Part shown: in pieces, positions 1 through 9,730 of the stretch
Position numbering within the stretch: position 1 is the stretch's first letter
How the letters are laid out: every line of letters starts with the position of its first letter
DNA from: a virus
Lineage: Duplodnaviria > Caudoviricetes
Virus record (IMG/VR): IMGVR_UViG_3300037329_000068
Span: 1-63,999 of that record
DNA: 63,999 nucleotides
Strand: one strand, 5' to 3'
The notes under the pieces: generated by a model
Told to the model about the DNA's origin: nothing
What the model saw: only the letters and a program-made list of their open reading frames with translations
Database searches by the model: none
Position numbers and translations under genes: made by a program

Positions 1-803
1 GAGTCGTTTTTGTTAAAAAACGATGTTATTATTGTGTCAAAAGAACCATCTACGTCAGCCACCCTAACAATTTCATTAATGTTCATCCCATCAATAAGAA
101 TTCTTTGGCCGATTTGGTGGCCACTTCCTGAATCTGTGATGTCAACATTGTTGACAACAGGAATGAGCCATTCACTAGCACCAAGTTCTGTCTCAATCGG
201 GAACCCATCTTTAAACTCCCCACTGATCCCTGAGATGGTTAATTCAGTTACCACGTATCGACCTACATATCTTGTTTTAACACTCTGTACAGAAGCTGTG
301 GCAACCTCCACGATGTCTTGATAGATAGGGCGTGTCTGAGTTATTAACTGAAACTGAAACTGCTCAAAATTATTAGTATTGAACGTTACGTAAATTAAAG
401 ATTCACCAGAGTTCCATTCACCGTCACTGGTTTTTAGAATATTATCTTTTGGTACATAGATTTCTGTATTTTGCTCATTGAATAATGTTTTAAACAAAAA
501 CTTATAAGACTCGTGAGAACCACGAGCCAAGTTAAAATATTTCGACCACTTGATAAACAATTCTTTATCCAGCAACACATTATCAGGAACATCACTAAGA
601 TATTCGTTTTTCATGTGTTCTACATAAGAATCCAATGTTTTTTCAAAAGACATATAATCAAGGTGATCCCGAATACTTGCATAGGGATTTCCATCTTGTG
701 ACAACCACTCATAATACGCACTAATAAAGTCTAAGAATCTTGGATAGCTCTCAACGATATGGTTGGGTATTTGTGATAAAATGTTATCTTTTATACTAGG
801 CAT
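1..803 (-). CDS. Baseplate wedge subunit (gp7-like), partial, runs off window
   Basis: Reads MPSIKDNILSQIPNHIVESYPRFLDFISAYYEWL...RGSHESYKFLFKTLF...PKDNILKTSDGEW from ATG at 803; directly follows gp6. Confidence 0.75.
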   Translation of the reverse strand, partial: MPSIKDNILSQIPNHIVESYPRFLDFISAYYEWLSQDGNPYASIRDHLDYMSFEKTLDSYVEHMKNEYLSDVPDNVLLDKELFIKWSKYFNLARGSHESYKFLFKTLFNEQNTEIYVPKDNILKTSDGEWNSGESLIYVTFNTNNFEQFQFQLITQTRPIYQDIVEVATASVQSVKTRYVGRYVVTELTISGISGEFKDGFPIETELGASEWLIPVVNNVDITDSGSGHQIGQRILIDGMNINEIVRVADVDGSFDTIITSFFNKND

Positions 804-806
804 AAA

Positions 807-2528
807 TTAAATTCTTCTTGTGGCGATTTGAATTAATTCGATATCTGTTTGGTCAATACTAATAATCTGACTCTGATTGACGTAAAAATTGTCTTGTAAT
901 GGACGCACAAAAACTCTGAGAGTTAAGCTTCCATCAATTATATTCAAAGCAAATTTAACTTCGCCTGTTTCGTAATCAATTGTACCTATGTTAGAAACTC
1001 TGGTTATAGATGAACTATCTACATAAGACAAAAATACATTACCCAACAGATCATCATACACTTTTGTTTCTGTTGAATTGTTAGCTACAGAAAATCCATC
1101 AATAGTCAGTGAACCAGCCTCGATTTCATTTTTAAACTCTACTGAATACAAAGGATTTTCAAAGTTTAAAACATCAACATCTTTGTAAACCAGTTTAGTA
1201 ATATCCACACTCGTAACGCCAGAAACCATTTTAATTCTTGAAATTAATTCAGATGGATTTAGGAACAAACCAAAATCGGATATTTCTTCATTGTATTGTG
1301 CAACCACATCACTAATAGCAGATACAAGACCAGAAAAACTCAAGTTAGTGCGTCTGTTATCATACGAAAAAATAATGCTTAAATTAGCTTTGAAAACAAC
1401 AGGGTCAACAATAGTAGGTGTTACAGAACCAACATTCTTTGTTGAAAGAAAAGAAACCATTTGTTGCTTAACGGATGATGTGATTTGACCGCTATCACTC
1501 AAGATAGAAATAAAAACAGTTCCATAAGCTGGTGGAATGTTTGTTTCTCCACCCCACGCAATAGCAGACTTAATAAAAGAAAATCTTGTTTTTAAAATAG
1601 GAATATAATCTGTATCTGTTAATGCCCTATCCTGTGCCTGATATATTTTTGGCGCTTGAAAACGAATGGTATCAATATCTTCTCTTTCTGATCCACCATA
1701 TGCAGCCGTTGTTACTGTGGGTACGATGTTGCTGTATCCAGATATTGTTGATGCTGGAACCAAGTTAGTTAGTCCATTTGCATTATCTTGTTCGGTTGCA
1801 ATATAGGTTATGTTAACGATATCACCATCAGAAGGTTCAAGACCTAGAATATTTTTACCAAACTCAATGACAGGTTGTGTGTACTGGTTTTCCCCCAAAA
1901 AGTAAACTAATGATGTATTACTAAATTCATCAATGCTTGTAGCCTTTATGTAAGGCGTAGAGTTAATATTGATCAACATTGTTGATGTGTCAGCATTTGT
2001 ATTAGAAATATTAATAGGCTCACTAGCATAGGTGTATCGTTCTGTAATACGCTGTCCTTGGTATAAGTCTACGTCAAATGCTTTGTAAGACTGAGAAATA
2101 TTTGAATATGAAAGAACATAAGATGCATTATTAATGAATGTAAATGAAACGTTGTCACTTGATGCAATAAATTGTGTCCCTGCATCCATGACAATAGAAG
2201 TAGGAATGTTGGTTGTTTCTACAGGAATAACCTCTATGTCACAAATAAGTCGTGAAGCTGTTGTTGATTTTGGAACATACGATAATTTTTGTGCGTGTGA
2301 TACAACGTTTCTTCGAATTTGAGCCGTGTCTAAAAAAGACTCGTTTGCAATCATATTCGCTTGATATGAAGTAATGTTTGTATTATAGACTAAAAGATCA
2401 ACAATAGTGTTGATAGCCGAACCTTCATAATCAATGTCTGAGAACTCAGGCTTTTCTTGAACAAACCTAATAAGACTTTGCTTTAAGTCTTCGGTGTCCA
2501 AAGATGTAACATTAAGTTGGTTAGCCAT
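807..2528 (-). CDS. Baseplate wedge subunit gp6
   Basis: DYEGSAINTIVDLLVYNT, ESFLDTAQIRRNVVSHA, QDRALTDTDY, WGGE..PPAYG motifs of T4 gp6. Confidence 0.92.
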   Translation of the reverse strand: MANQLNVTSLDTEDLKQSLIRFVQEKPEFSDIDYEGSAINTIVDLLVYNTNITSYQANMIANESFLDTAQIRRNVVSHAQKLSYVPKSTTASRLICDIEVIPVETTNIPTSIVMDAGTQFIASSDNVSFTFINNASYVLSYSNISQSYKAFDVDLYQGQRITERYTYASEPINISNTNADTSTMLININSTPYIKATSIDEFSNTSLVYFLGENQYTQPVIEFGKNILGLEPSDGDIVNITYIATEQDNANGLTNLVPASTISGYSNIVPTVTTAAYGGSEREDIDTIRFQAPKIYQAQDRALTDTDYIPILKTRFSFIKSAIAWGGETNIPPAYGTVFISILSDSGQITSSVKQQMVSFLSTKNVGSVTPTIVDPVVFKANLSIIFSYDNRRTNLSFSGLVSAISDVVAQYNEEISDFGLFLNPSELISRIKMVSGVTSVDITKLVYKDVDVLNFENPLYSVEFKNEIEAGSLTIDGFSVANNSTETKVYDDLLGNVFLSYVDSSSITRVSNIGTIDYETGEVKFALNIIDGSLTLRVFVRPLQDNFYVNQSQIISIDQTDIELIQIATRRI

Positions 2529-2541
2529 GATATACCTTTTT

Positions 2542-2925
2542 TTAAAAATTAATGCTTAATTGTTGTTCTTCTAATGTATTTATAACAGAATAAAAAATAT
2601 TTATGGTGATTGTATTGGGTGTGTTGTTCGGAGTGAAAACTTCAACCTCAATAATATCAACTTGTGGTTCAAAGTTTTCAATAGATCGAATAACATTCTG
2701 ACGCATACCCTGCAAAAATACATCACCTACATTATTTTCAAACAAAGAAGATTTTACGTTCGTTCCATACTCTACAAAATAGCCACGTTCGTAAAAATTA
2801 GTGAGTACAATGTTTCGAAGTGACTGATTGATTGCAGCTACACCAGATTTAGTTGCAAGATCACCAGTTAATGGATGAACAGTAAAAGAAAGGTCTATGT
2901 CTTTTCGTGAGTTTTTAAAAATCAT
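2542..2925 (-). CDS. Baseplate wedge/sheath initiator gp25
   Basis: DIDLSFTVHPLTGDL, AINQSLRNIVLT..ER, IENFEP; start moved to MIFKNS. Confidence 0.9.
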   Translation of the reverse strand: MIFKNSRKDIDLSFTVHPLTGDLATKSGVAAINQSLRNIVLTNFYERGYFVEYGTNVKSSLFENNVGDVFLQGMRQNVIRSIENFEPQVDIIEVEVFTPNNTPNTITINIFYSVINTLEEQQLSINF

Positions 2926-2930
2926 TATTA

Positions 2931-3221
2931 TTATCCTGAAAAAACATTTTGTGAACCTTCTGCCACCACTGAACCACATCCGATGGAATCACCGATTCTG
3001 CCCATGGCTTTACCATTTACAAAAACAGATGAAGAACCACTTGACAATGATGAAACATGACATTCACCTTTTGGCGAACAATGCCCACTGTAAGAATCAC
3101 CAAACCTTTGCACACCGATCCCATTTACAAAAACATCAGAACTCGCCTGTGCGTTTGGTCTAGGTGGAAAACTTTGATGACCAGAACACAAGCCACCGAA
3201 TAATGCTACAGGTTGTGTCAT
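2931..3221 (-). CDS. PAAR-domain spike tip protein (gp5.4-like)
   Basis: GH..FPPRP, VFVNG..V.RFGD, GSSSVFVNGK.MGRIGD...CG repeats. Confidence 0.92.
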   Translation of the reverse strand: MTQPVALFGGLCSGHQSFPPRPNAQASSDVFVNGIGVQRFGDSYSGHCSPKGECHVSSLSSGSSSVFVNGKAMGRIGDSIGCGSVVAEGSQNVFSG

Positions 3222-3724
3222 TGTATCTCGCTTGCTAGTTTTTTGATTGCAATGTTAGCTGAATCCCATCTGATCGTAACTTCTAGTGTAAAAGTTCTCT
3301 CAACTAAAAGATTATCGTCTTCGGCATCATTAGAAAAGACTCTCCACATATAGTATTTATACTCTTCGCTGCTAGGTATTAACTTATGAACTTTAGCACC
3401 AAAAGGAATATCAGATATATTATCAACAGTTCTTGATTCGCCATCAACAGAATAAGCCATGTCTATAAAGTCAGCTTGTGCGTTAACATCACCCGATATA
3501 TTGATTTCTGTTCCAGTATCATAAACAGAAACCGTTTCTGGAAGCTCTTCAAGCCTTTGTTCTTCATTTATAACTGGTTCATAGAAAACAACTAATTTGG
3601 TTCTAGTTTCCAATTCTGTAATAGGATCAATTTCAATACGCTCTACAAAGATTGTGAATGAAATAGAATCACCAGAACCAATTGTTCCAATTTGTGCTAT
3701 GTGTGACCACTCATATTCAAACAT
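3218..3724 (-). CDS. Baseplate-associated protein in the gp5.1 position
   Basis: 168 aa acidic ORF coupled between gp5 and PAAR. Confidence 0.5.
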   Translation of the reverse strand: MFEYEWSHIAQIGTIGSGDSISFTIFVERIEIDPITELETRTKLVVFYEPVINEEQRLEELPETVSVYDTGTEINISGDVNAQADFIDMAYSVDGESRTVDNISDIPFGAKVHKLIPSSEEYKYYMWRVFSNDAEDDNLLVERTFTLEVTIRWDSANIAIKKLASEIQ

Positions 3725-5240
3725 AATAGATTTTCAATCCCTGTTCATATTTGCCATTAATCATAGTTAATGCTGATCCTCTTTGTGTTTGTGATGATCC
3801 ATTATATGCAATATGCAACCAAATTCCATTTCCGTGTTCAATTATAATTTGATCTGGACTTAGATTATCAACAATCCATTCAGCAACCTCTAAGGTTTTT
3901 TCAAAACTCCACGAATCTTGTTGAATGTCTACGGCTTGACCAAGTTCATGTTGTGATCGACCTGAACCAATTCTAAATCCGCTGTTTATTTGGAAACTAC
4001 CAAATTCATCAAACACTGGTTGTAAAATGTTATTAGCCAGTGCTTCTAGATTACACACTATTTCTTGCTTGGTAAGACCAGCTTGATCACGTATAGTGTG
4101 AGAAAATATTGCATCACTTGATAACTGAGCAATACTAAACTCTGTACCTTCTAATTTTTGTGATGATGTACCAGAACTGATATCTGTAGAGCATAACAAA
4201 ATCTCTACAGTTTTTTGTTGCCCTTGTGCTACGCCTTCTTTTTTAACTGCTCCATCAAATGAAGAAGGTGTGGTGTCTTCTGGGAAATTTGCTGGTGTTG
4301 AACCAATTTCTGCTGGTTCGTCTAATGCCGCAAACCTACCCGCTTTCTTTATAACAGCGCCTGCTGATTCTAAACTGTACTCGGTTGGCAAAATAATAGG
4401 AATAGAGCCGTTTGCGCTTGCTATTCCACTGTTGAAATCTATTGTGGAAGCATCCAAACCAATTCCACCACCTGCAAGACTTGTAAGGGATTTACCAATG
4501 CTTTGTTTTAAGTCGCCAAGAACTACTTCTGTTTTGTTTCCATCCACTTGAATATTGTGATCACCAGAAATATGTTGATTGAGATTTCCACTCACACTCA
4601 TGTTGATATCACCATCTACGTAGAGAAAATTATCCCCTGCTGTGATGCTGTAGTTATCTTTTACGATCCTGACCACTTGTGAGCCATCTGGATGCAGTTC
4701 ATAGAAAGAACCTGACCGATGGTATACATGTAACCGTTCTGCGCCCTCAGTATCGTCACACTCAGTCACATGACCACTGTTGGATTGAGTTACCTTGTTA
4801 TTAGGATAAGTTGTGTTGTAAGGTGTTTGTGGTTCTGTCCATGACCCACCACCAACAATTCCAACATCTTTTATTGTGTTGTCTTGCTTTTCTTTAATAA
4901 TGGTCTGATCAATGTCTTCATTTCTGGCAAGCTTATTGATGTCATTCACACCATCAGGCATACCGTTCAAGGAACCAATAATCATTCCGTTTTGTAATGT
5001 CTGATCAATAAAATAACCAAACACCATCGAACCCATATTGTATTTTGGATTCGTACCAACCCCTTCTTGTGATTCAGAATTATTAACGACACACATAAAC
5101 CATTTCAATTGTGCTGTGGGTAGCTCAGACTTGTTCTCAGAGTGATAACTGACAACCCTGACCCGAACCCTACCTAATTTTTCTGGGTCTTTCACGTCTT
5201 CTACAAAGCCCCAGAATGGAATAAACGGCGTTCCTATCAT
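3717..5240 (-). CDS. Baseplate central spike gp5 with C-terminal peptidase M15 domain
   Basis: OB fold (GFVEDVKDPEKLGRVRVR), YPNNKV..SGH..E.DDT.G.ERLH.YHRSG, beta-helix repeats, then INSGFR..SQHELGQAVD..WLHI. Confidence 0.9.
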   Translation of the reverse strand: MIGTPFIPFWGFVEDVKDPEKLGRVRVRVVSYHSENKSELPTAQLKWFMCVVNNSESQEGVGTNPKYNMGSMVFGYFIDQTLQNGMIIGSLNGMPDGVNDINKLARNEDIDQTIIKEKQDNTIKDVGIVGGGSWTEPQTPYNTTYPNNKVTQSNSGHVTECDDTEGAERLHVYHRSGSFYELHPDGSQVVRIVKDNYSITAGDNFLYVDGDINMSVSGNLNQHISGDHNIQVDGNKTEVVLGDLKQSIGKSLTSLAGGGIGLDASTIDFNSGIASANGSIPIILPTEYSLESAGAVIKKAGRFAALDEPAEIGSTPANFPEDTTPSSFDGAVKKEGVAQGQQKTVEILLCSTDISSGTSSQKLEGTEFSIAQLSSDAIFSHTIRDQAGLTKQEIVCNLEALANNILQPVFDEFGSFQINSGFRIGSGRSQHELGQAVDIQQDSWSFEKTLEVAEWIVDNLSPDQIIIEHGNGIWLHIAYNGSSQTQRGSALTMINGKYEQGLKIYYV

Positions 5241-6436
5241 TTACCAACCTCAAATGCGTCTTTAACTAATTTCATAGTTTGTGTATATTGAGTTCTTTTT
5301 AATGTGTGTTTTATTTCAGCTACAAGAAATTTACCAGAAAATGGGTCTGGGATTTTTCCTTTGTTGGCATCTTTACCCCATACTGGCAAATTACACAGAA
5401 TAATACTTCCACACACATTGTGTGTATCACCAAACACGGTTATTCTTGCCGCATATCTTTGTGTGTTTAAAATTGTATTGATGTTTTTTAACCTAAAATT
5501 CTGAAAAGGTTTTTGAAAGTCATCAACATAAGTATATAGCTTGTCAGTATTTCTATTATTTACAAGCTCGTTATTAAGATTTGCACTTTTTGCTAAAGAA
5601 TTTTTTTTATCAAACTCACTTACATTGTCGTATTTGCTTTTGTAAAATCTTTTTTCGAGCAAATTTAAATTTGTGCTACTTGAACCCAGCACACCGTCAT
5701 CTATTTGTTGCATAAAATCAGGAACATCAATAACAGAATAATCTTGAATAGACGAAAATGATTCTTCTTCTTTTTTTAAAACGTTGTCATAAATGTTGGC
5801 TGTCTTATATTTGTATTGTGCTAATGGTTCTTGTTTGTACAAGTATTCAATAGGAAAATAACAAAACTGTTGATTATTTTCAAAGTAAAGGTAACCAGAT
5901 TCATTATTGACCGACATAGAACGGCGGGACAAATTAGCAATAACCTGAATTGGATTTTGATTAGCTCCCACAAAATGATTAATTTCTTTTGTTTCTATAC
6001 TTAACAGCTTTTTAGTTGAAATTTTTTCATGAAGAAGTTTTACAATATTCGAACAAACATCATTATATGATTTAGTAACTCGTGTTCTTGAATTGTTAAT
6101 AATTTCATCAGAGCAAAAATTTAAAAGTAACCCCGATGTGTGTTCGTTGATTCGCGCTGGTGGTGAACACTTATAAACAATTCCACTAACCGAAATTTCT
6201 TTTTTGGTTCCTGCTGTTTCAAATACAATTTCAACACGCTCTCCATTTCCTAAAAAGTTTTCATTGTAAAGTGAATTTGTATCCATAATTGTAATGTTTC
6301 CAGACATACCAACGCTGAACATTGATTCGTAGATAGAAACATCCATGAACAAAGGAATTAAGTTATAAGCAACTCCATCATCAAATTGCAGTTCTAGCTT
6401 TTTAAGAATATAGGAGCCATTCTGTGTGTACTTCAT
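5237..6436 (-). CDS. Baseplate hub protein (gp27-like)
   Basis: SIYESMF...MSGNITIMD, G.ERV.I.F, YLYFEN, SGKFLV.EIKH; next to gp5. Confidence 0.7.
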   Translation of the reverse strand: MKYTQNGSYILKKLELQFDDGVAYNLIPLFMDVSIYESMFSVGMSGNITIMDTNSLYNENFLGNGERVEIVFETAGTKKEISVSGIVYKCSPPARINEHTSGLLLNFCSDEIINNSRTRVTKSYNDVCSNIVKLLHEKISTKKLLSIETKEINHFVGANQNPIQVIANLSRRSMSVNNESGYLYFENNQQFCYFPIEYLYKQEPLAQYKYKTANIYDNVLKKEEESFSSIQDYSVIDVPDFMQQIDDGVLGSSSTNLNLLEKRFYKSKYDNVSEFDKKNSLAKSANLNNELVNNRNTDKLYTYVDDFQKPFQNFRLKNINTILNTQRYAARITVFGDTHNVCGSIILCNLPVWGKDANKGKIPDPFSGKFLVAEIKHTLKRTQYTQTMKLVKDAFEVGK

Positions 6437-6933
6437 AGGCGTTCAGCTTCCTCATCATGCATATTGACATAATCACCAATGTAATCTGTTCGGATTAAAC
6501 GTATACTTCTTTTTTCATCGTTCACTTCCGTTTCATGATCATAGTTGTTAACATCAAGTCTGTCGTAAGCAGGATGATCAACCCCAACAAAATTTCCTGT
6601 CTGAATACTCACGCTGTGATGTCTTGCATAAGGATCATCATATGTCTTCAAAACATACTGAACAAGAGCTTCTTGTTCCAGTGGCCATTCACTGTAATAA
6701 TCCACGACTTCATTAAAGTGAAGAATAACCCAAGCCATCTCCGCGTCGTCATAAAGCTTATCCGCTATTATAACAGGAGTGTCTCCTTCTTTTACATCAT
6801 ACTCAATGTAAAAACTAGGATTTTTAAATATAGAATTTATGTAAAAAGATCGTTTTGCAACGTCAACTACTGTATAAGAATTACCCGCCATTAAATAATT
6901 TGATATAATTGGAAATTTTTTAAAATAAGACAT
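6433..6933 (-). CDS. Baseplate wedge subunit gp53
   Basis: MSYFKKFP, YDVKEGDTP.IIADKLY..WVIL.FN..EWPL, NDEKRSIRL. Confidence 0.9.
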   Translation of the reverse strand: MSYFKKFPIISNYLMAGNSYTVVDVAKRSFYINSIFKNPSFYIEYDVKEGDTPVIIADKLYDDAEMAWVILHFNEVVDYYSEWPLEQEALVQYVLKTYDDPYARHHSVSIQTGNFVGVDHPAYDRLDVNNYDHETEVNDEKRSIRLIRTDYIGDYVNMHDEEAERL

Positions 6934-7866
6934 TTAAAATCCTTCTGTATGGCGTTCTTTGTGCAACGTTTCCAACTCAAAAAATTCTAGCGTAAGTTCT
7001 GTGAAAAATGGTGAACCATCTGTGTAAGTTGAAAAGTTGTTGTCACCACCATAAGTCACGTTCATATTTGTTAATGCACAGGTAGAGACTTTAAAAAGAA
7101 ATTCATTTTCTGTTCCTTTGTTTAAAAAAGAAATATCAAACTCAGAAGGGAATAACATATAATTATTAACGTTTCCGTACTTTATTTCTGGTGCGCGATG
7201 GAATTTCAACAAATCAATAATATCTTTTATTATTTTCTGTTCTTCTTTTGATTTCGGAATAAACTTAAACGTAAAACTAAACGATCTATTCTGGACGCCG
7301 TTAAAAACAACTTCTGTATAGGGGTTAGAAATACTTCGAGTAAATGCTTGCTTTGCGTCTTTTGTGTTAATTCCTGTTAGTGTTTGTGTCGCACCCGCAA
7401 GTGTGTTTAATAGAGCATCTGGTGCAAGCGTCTTTGCAGCTTCCCACATTGATTTCCATGACTGTGTTCCAGATAGGTCGCCTATGCTAGTAGCTGCATC
7501 AAAAACGCTGCCAACACTCTCTAGATTGGTTGTATTCCAATCTGCACCATATGCTGTCTGCACATTGTTAGGAATATACAAAGCAATGCTTTTATCAATT
7601 CGTCTTGTTGTTCCCGTCATTTTGCGCGCAAGACTTCCTGATGTTGATTGTTGGTAAACAGGAAGATCATCATCAACAATTTTATATTTTTTACCAACGT
7701 ATTTAGAGCCTTCAACTACGTTGATATTTATAAACATAATATTTCTTGTACCGTTTATATCAATATCTTGTGGAAACGAGAGAACTTTATAAGCACCTCG
7801 CTTGTTTCTATTTTCATTATCTAAGCTATTGTCTAGCTTTTTAAACATGCTTGATGATATACTCAT
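6934..7866 (-). CDS. Baseplate tail-tube cap gp48
   Basis: IALYIP, NPYTEVVFNG..RSFSFTFKFIPKS.EE, CALTNMNVTY, L.FFELE. Confidence 0.85.
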   Translation of the reverse strand: MSISSSMFKKLDNSLDNENRNKRGAYKVLSFPQDIDINGTRNIMFININVVEGSKYVGKKYKIVDDDLPVYQQSTSGSLARKMTGTTRRIDKSIALYIPNNVQTAYGADWNTTNLESVGSVFDAATSIGDLSGTQSWKSMWEAAKTLAPDALLNTLAGATQTLTGINTKDAKQAFTRSISNPYTEVVFNGVQNRSFSFTFKFIPKSKEEQKIIKDIIDLLKFHRAPEIKYGNVNNYMLFPSEFDISFLNKGTENEFLFKVSTCALTNMNVTYGGDNNFSTYTDGSPFFTELTLEFFELETLHKERHTEGF

Positions 7867-8330
7867 GGCTGGATTTCAACCTCCGTCATAATTTTAAATA
7901 CCCAACCTTTATTTTTACAATAGGCTGTTGCTGCTTTCCATTTTGCTTTGTTAACGTGATAAGTAATGACTTCGTTCAAGTATCGTTCTTTTTTCTTTCC
8001 TTTTGCTTTTGGTAATTGTGTTTCTCGTAGAGGCTTAATTTCTATAAGAGTAATAACACGTTCACCATTATTGTCAGCCACTACAAAAACATCTGGATAA
8101 TATCGGTGGATTCTGTTAGTTTTGGGGGAAACGTAAGGAATTTCTATAATTTCCGCACCCCATGCTACCACTTTTGGATTGAGGTCAAATTTTTTGAATA
8201 CTTTTTTTTCCCAGCCGCTGCGAAAAACACATTTTCTAGGATCACCTAAATATTTATCAGGGTTTTGTATGTTGTAAATCCCTTGGTGATATCTACCGCG
8301 TTTGTTTGGTGGAGCTACGTTTTCTGCCAT
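7863..8330 (-). CDS. Head completion protein gp4 (TnsA-like nuclease fold)
   Basis: NPDKYLGDP..VFRSGWE, IPYVSP..HRYYPD, IEIKP, NKAKWKAA. Confidence 0.92.
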   Translation of the reverse strand: MAENVAPPNKRGRYHQGIYNIQNPDKYLGDPRKCVFRSGWEKKVFKKFDLNPKVVAWGAEIIEIPYVSPKTNRIHRYYPDVFVVADNNGERVITLIEIKPLRETQLPKAKGKKKERYLNEVITYHVNKAKWKAATAYCKNKGWVFKIMTEVEIQP

Positions 8331-8360
8331 GATGATTCCTAGCTATTTTGATCACATGAC

Positions 8361-8368
8361 TATTTATA
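8361..8368 (-). promoter_or_regulatory. T4-type late promoter TATAAATA for the gp4-baseplate operon
   Basis: Exact consensus 30 nt upstream of gp4 start. Confidence 0.75.
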
Positions 8369-8377
8369 ACGTGGTTG

Positions 8378-8406
8378 TTGACAGGAATTTTTTGGTGTGT
8401 TAAATT
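8378..8406 (+). promoter_or_regulatory. Sigma70-type promoter
   Basis: TTGACA-17 nt-TAAATT facing an ORF-free region. Confidence 0.6.
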
Positions 8407-8510
8407 AAAAAGCTTAACAGAAAAATAAGTAGTTATAGAGATTTCCTATCGACTACTGTTTTATGATAGAAAAGTTCAATCAAAAAAGGATGAGGTTTTA
8501 GTTTTTGCGT

Positions 8511-8518
8511 TATAAATA
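8511..8518 (+). promoter_or_regulatory. Late promoter TATAAATA
   Basis: Exact consensus at the start of a structured ORF-free tract. Confidence 0.55.
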
Positions 8519-8519
8519 G

Positions 8520-8910
8520 AACTCGTAAAGGTAGAATTAAGTGGGCGGGCCACTATAAAATATGTTGATCTGTGCAACGCCTCAAATAGCAGCAGCGATT
8601 AGAGAAAAACAAGCCCTAATGGTGGGGGTAGGTGGTTTAGAGGATTTTCAGTCTTAGCAGCGAAAATTTCAGATCACCCGAAACGGGGTTTAGAATGGTG
8701 TAGTTGTAGTTCATGGTCGTTAGCCGACCTACCGAGGTCTGGGTGTTCCTTTTAAAATCATCCCCCGATAAGTTGTTTTCTTGAAAAATCTAAACCAACG
8801 GAAGTATGTGTTACTGATTGAATTAATGATCCTTTGAAAATGCAATTTGATGACGAAATTGTGTTCTCTCTAAAACGGATCAAGGCGGGCAAAGCCCTAA
8901 CCTCTTTTAT
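8520..8910 (+). ncRNA. Candidate large structured ncRNA
   Basis: No ORF in the track, GC-richer than flanks, several local and long-range stems, two upstream promoters. Confidence 0.45.
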
Positions 8911-8953
8911 ACCATTAACCCATCAAGAGATAATAATGCCTAGAATTTAGTGC

Positions 8954-9020
8954 TTGCAATCCTTCCCAACTTCCTTTACACTGGCTGTAGAAATTGAGAA
9001 ATACCTACCCAAAAGGAACT
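8954..9020 (+). promoter_or_regulatory. Early promoter-leader cassette, family B
   Basis: TTGCAA-17-TACACT-GGCTGTAGAAATTGAGAAA; repeated motif. Confidence 0.75.
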
Positions 9021-9026
9021 GCATTT

Positions 9027-9251
9027 ATGAACACCTACACCACAAACCTAATCAAAGAAGCCGCAAAGAATGCATTTACCTGTCCTGAAGTTGGTGACAA
9101 CCTTTATATGCTGGTGGTTGATATGGGTATGAATGATTTCATGGTTATTGACTATAACAACAACCTTGACGCATTGATCTCAACAGTTGCAGAAATTTAT
9201 GATCCTGCGTATATTGTTGATCGCAGACTTAACGTTACTGAATTCTCATGA
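9027..9251 (+). CDS. Hypothetical early protein
   Basis: RBS after cassette; start moved to MNTYTT. Confidence 0.65.
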   Translation: MNTYTTNLIKEAAKNAFTCPEVGDNLYMLVVDMGMNDFMVIDYNNNLDALISTVAEIYDPAYIVDRRLNVTEFS

Positions 9252-9436
9252 GATACGTAATCCACATCTTTTGGTCAGACAATTCAATTCCTGAACGTCA
9301 TTGCTCTACAGGGATTGAAGAGGTGGCGCACTGGACAGCCAAGGTCATTAGTATGACAGAACAGGTCAAGGTCAGTGTGTTTGATATTGAAACCAGCGAA
9401 AGAATCTTTTACGATAAGCTTCCAATGCCAAAATAG
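9248..9436 (+). CDS. Hypothetical protein
   Basis: ATGA overlap with upstream ORF. Confidence 0.6.
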   Translation: MRYVIHIFWSDNSIPERHCSTGIEEVAHWTAKVISMTEQVKVSVFDIETSERIFYDKLPMPK

Positions 9437-9448
9437 GAAATAACTATC

Positions 9449-9667
9449 ATGCAACCAATTTACATAGCATTTACCGAAAGATTTGAAGCCATAGATAGCT
9501 GGATTTTAGACGACTCTTTAACAAGCAAAAAAGAGCCGTTTTGGGTAGCTTACCAAAATAAACGACGCACAATGAAACACAACAACAAGAAAATTCAGAT
9601 GTCAAGTAAAGAAAAGGTAGAAAAAAGAAAGCAAAAGAAGGCTGCAAGAAAGAAAAATAGGGCTTGA
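9449..9667 (+). CDS. Hypothetical basic protein
   Basis: AGGA RBS; Lys/Arg-rich C-terminus. Confidence 0.6.
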   Translation: MQPIYIAFTERFEAIDSWILDDSLTSKKEPFWVAYQNKRRTMKHNNKKIQMSSKEKVEKRKQKKAARKKNRA

Positions 9668-9727
9668 CCCAAGATACACAATGCCTTATACTGGCTGTAG
9701 AAATTGAGAAATATCTACCGGAGATTA
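9664..9727 (+). promoter_or_regulatory. Early promoter-leader cassette, family B
   Basis: TTGACC-17-TATACT-GGCTGTAGAAATTGAGAAA...GGAGA. Confidence 0.8.
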
Positions 9728-9730
9728 CAT

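Noticed and set aside
10-7657. Plus-strand ORFs within the baseplate operon, and similar antisense ORFs in rIIA/rIIB and gp29
   Set aside because: Shadow frames of well-supported genes on the opposite strand
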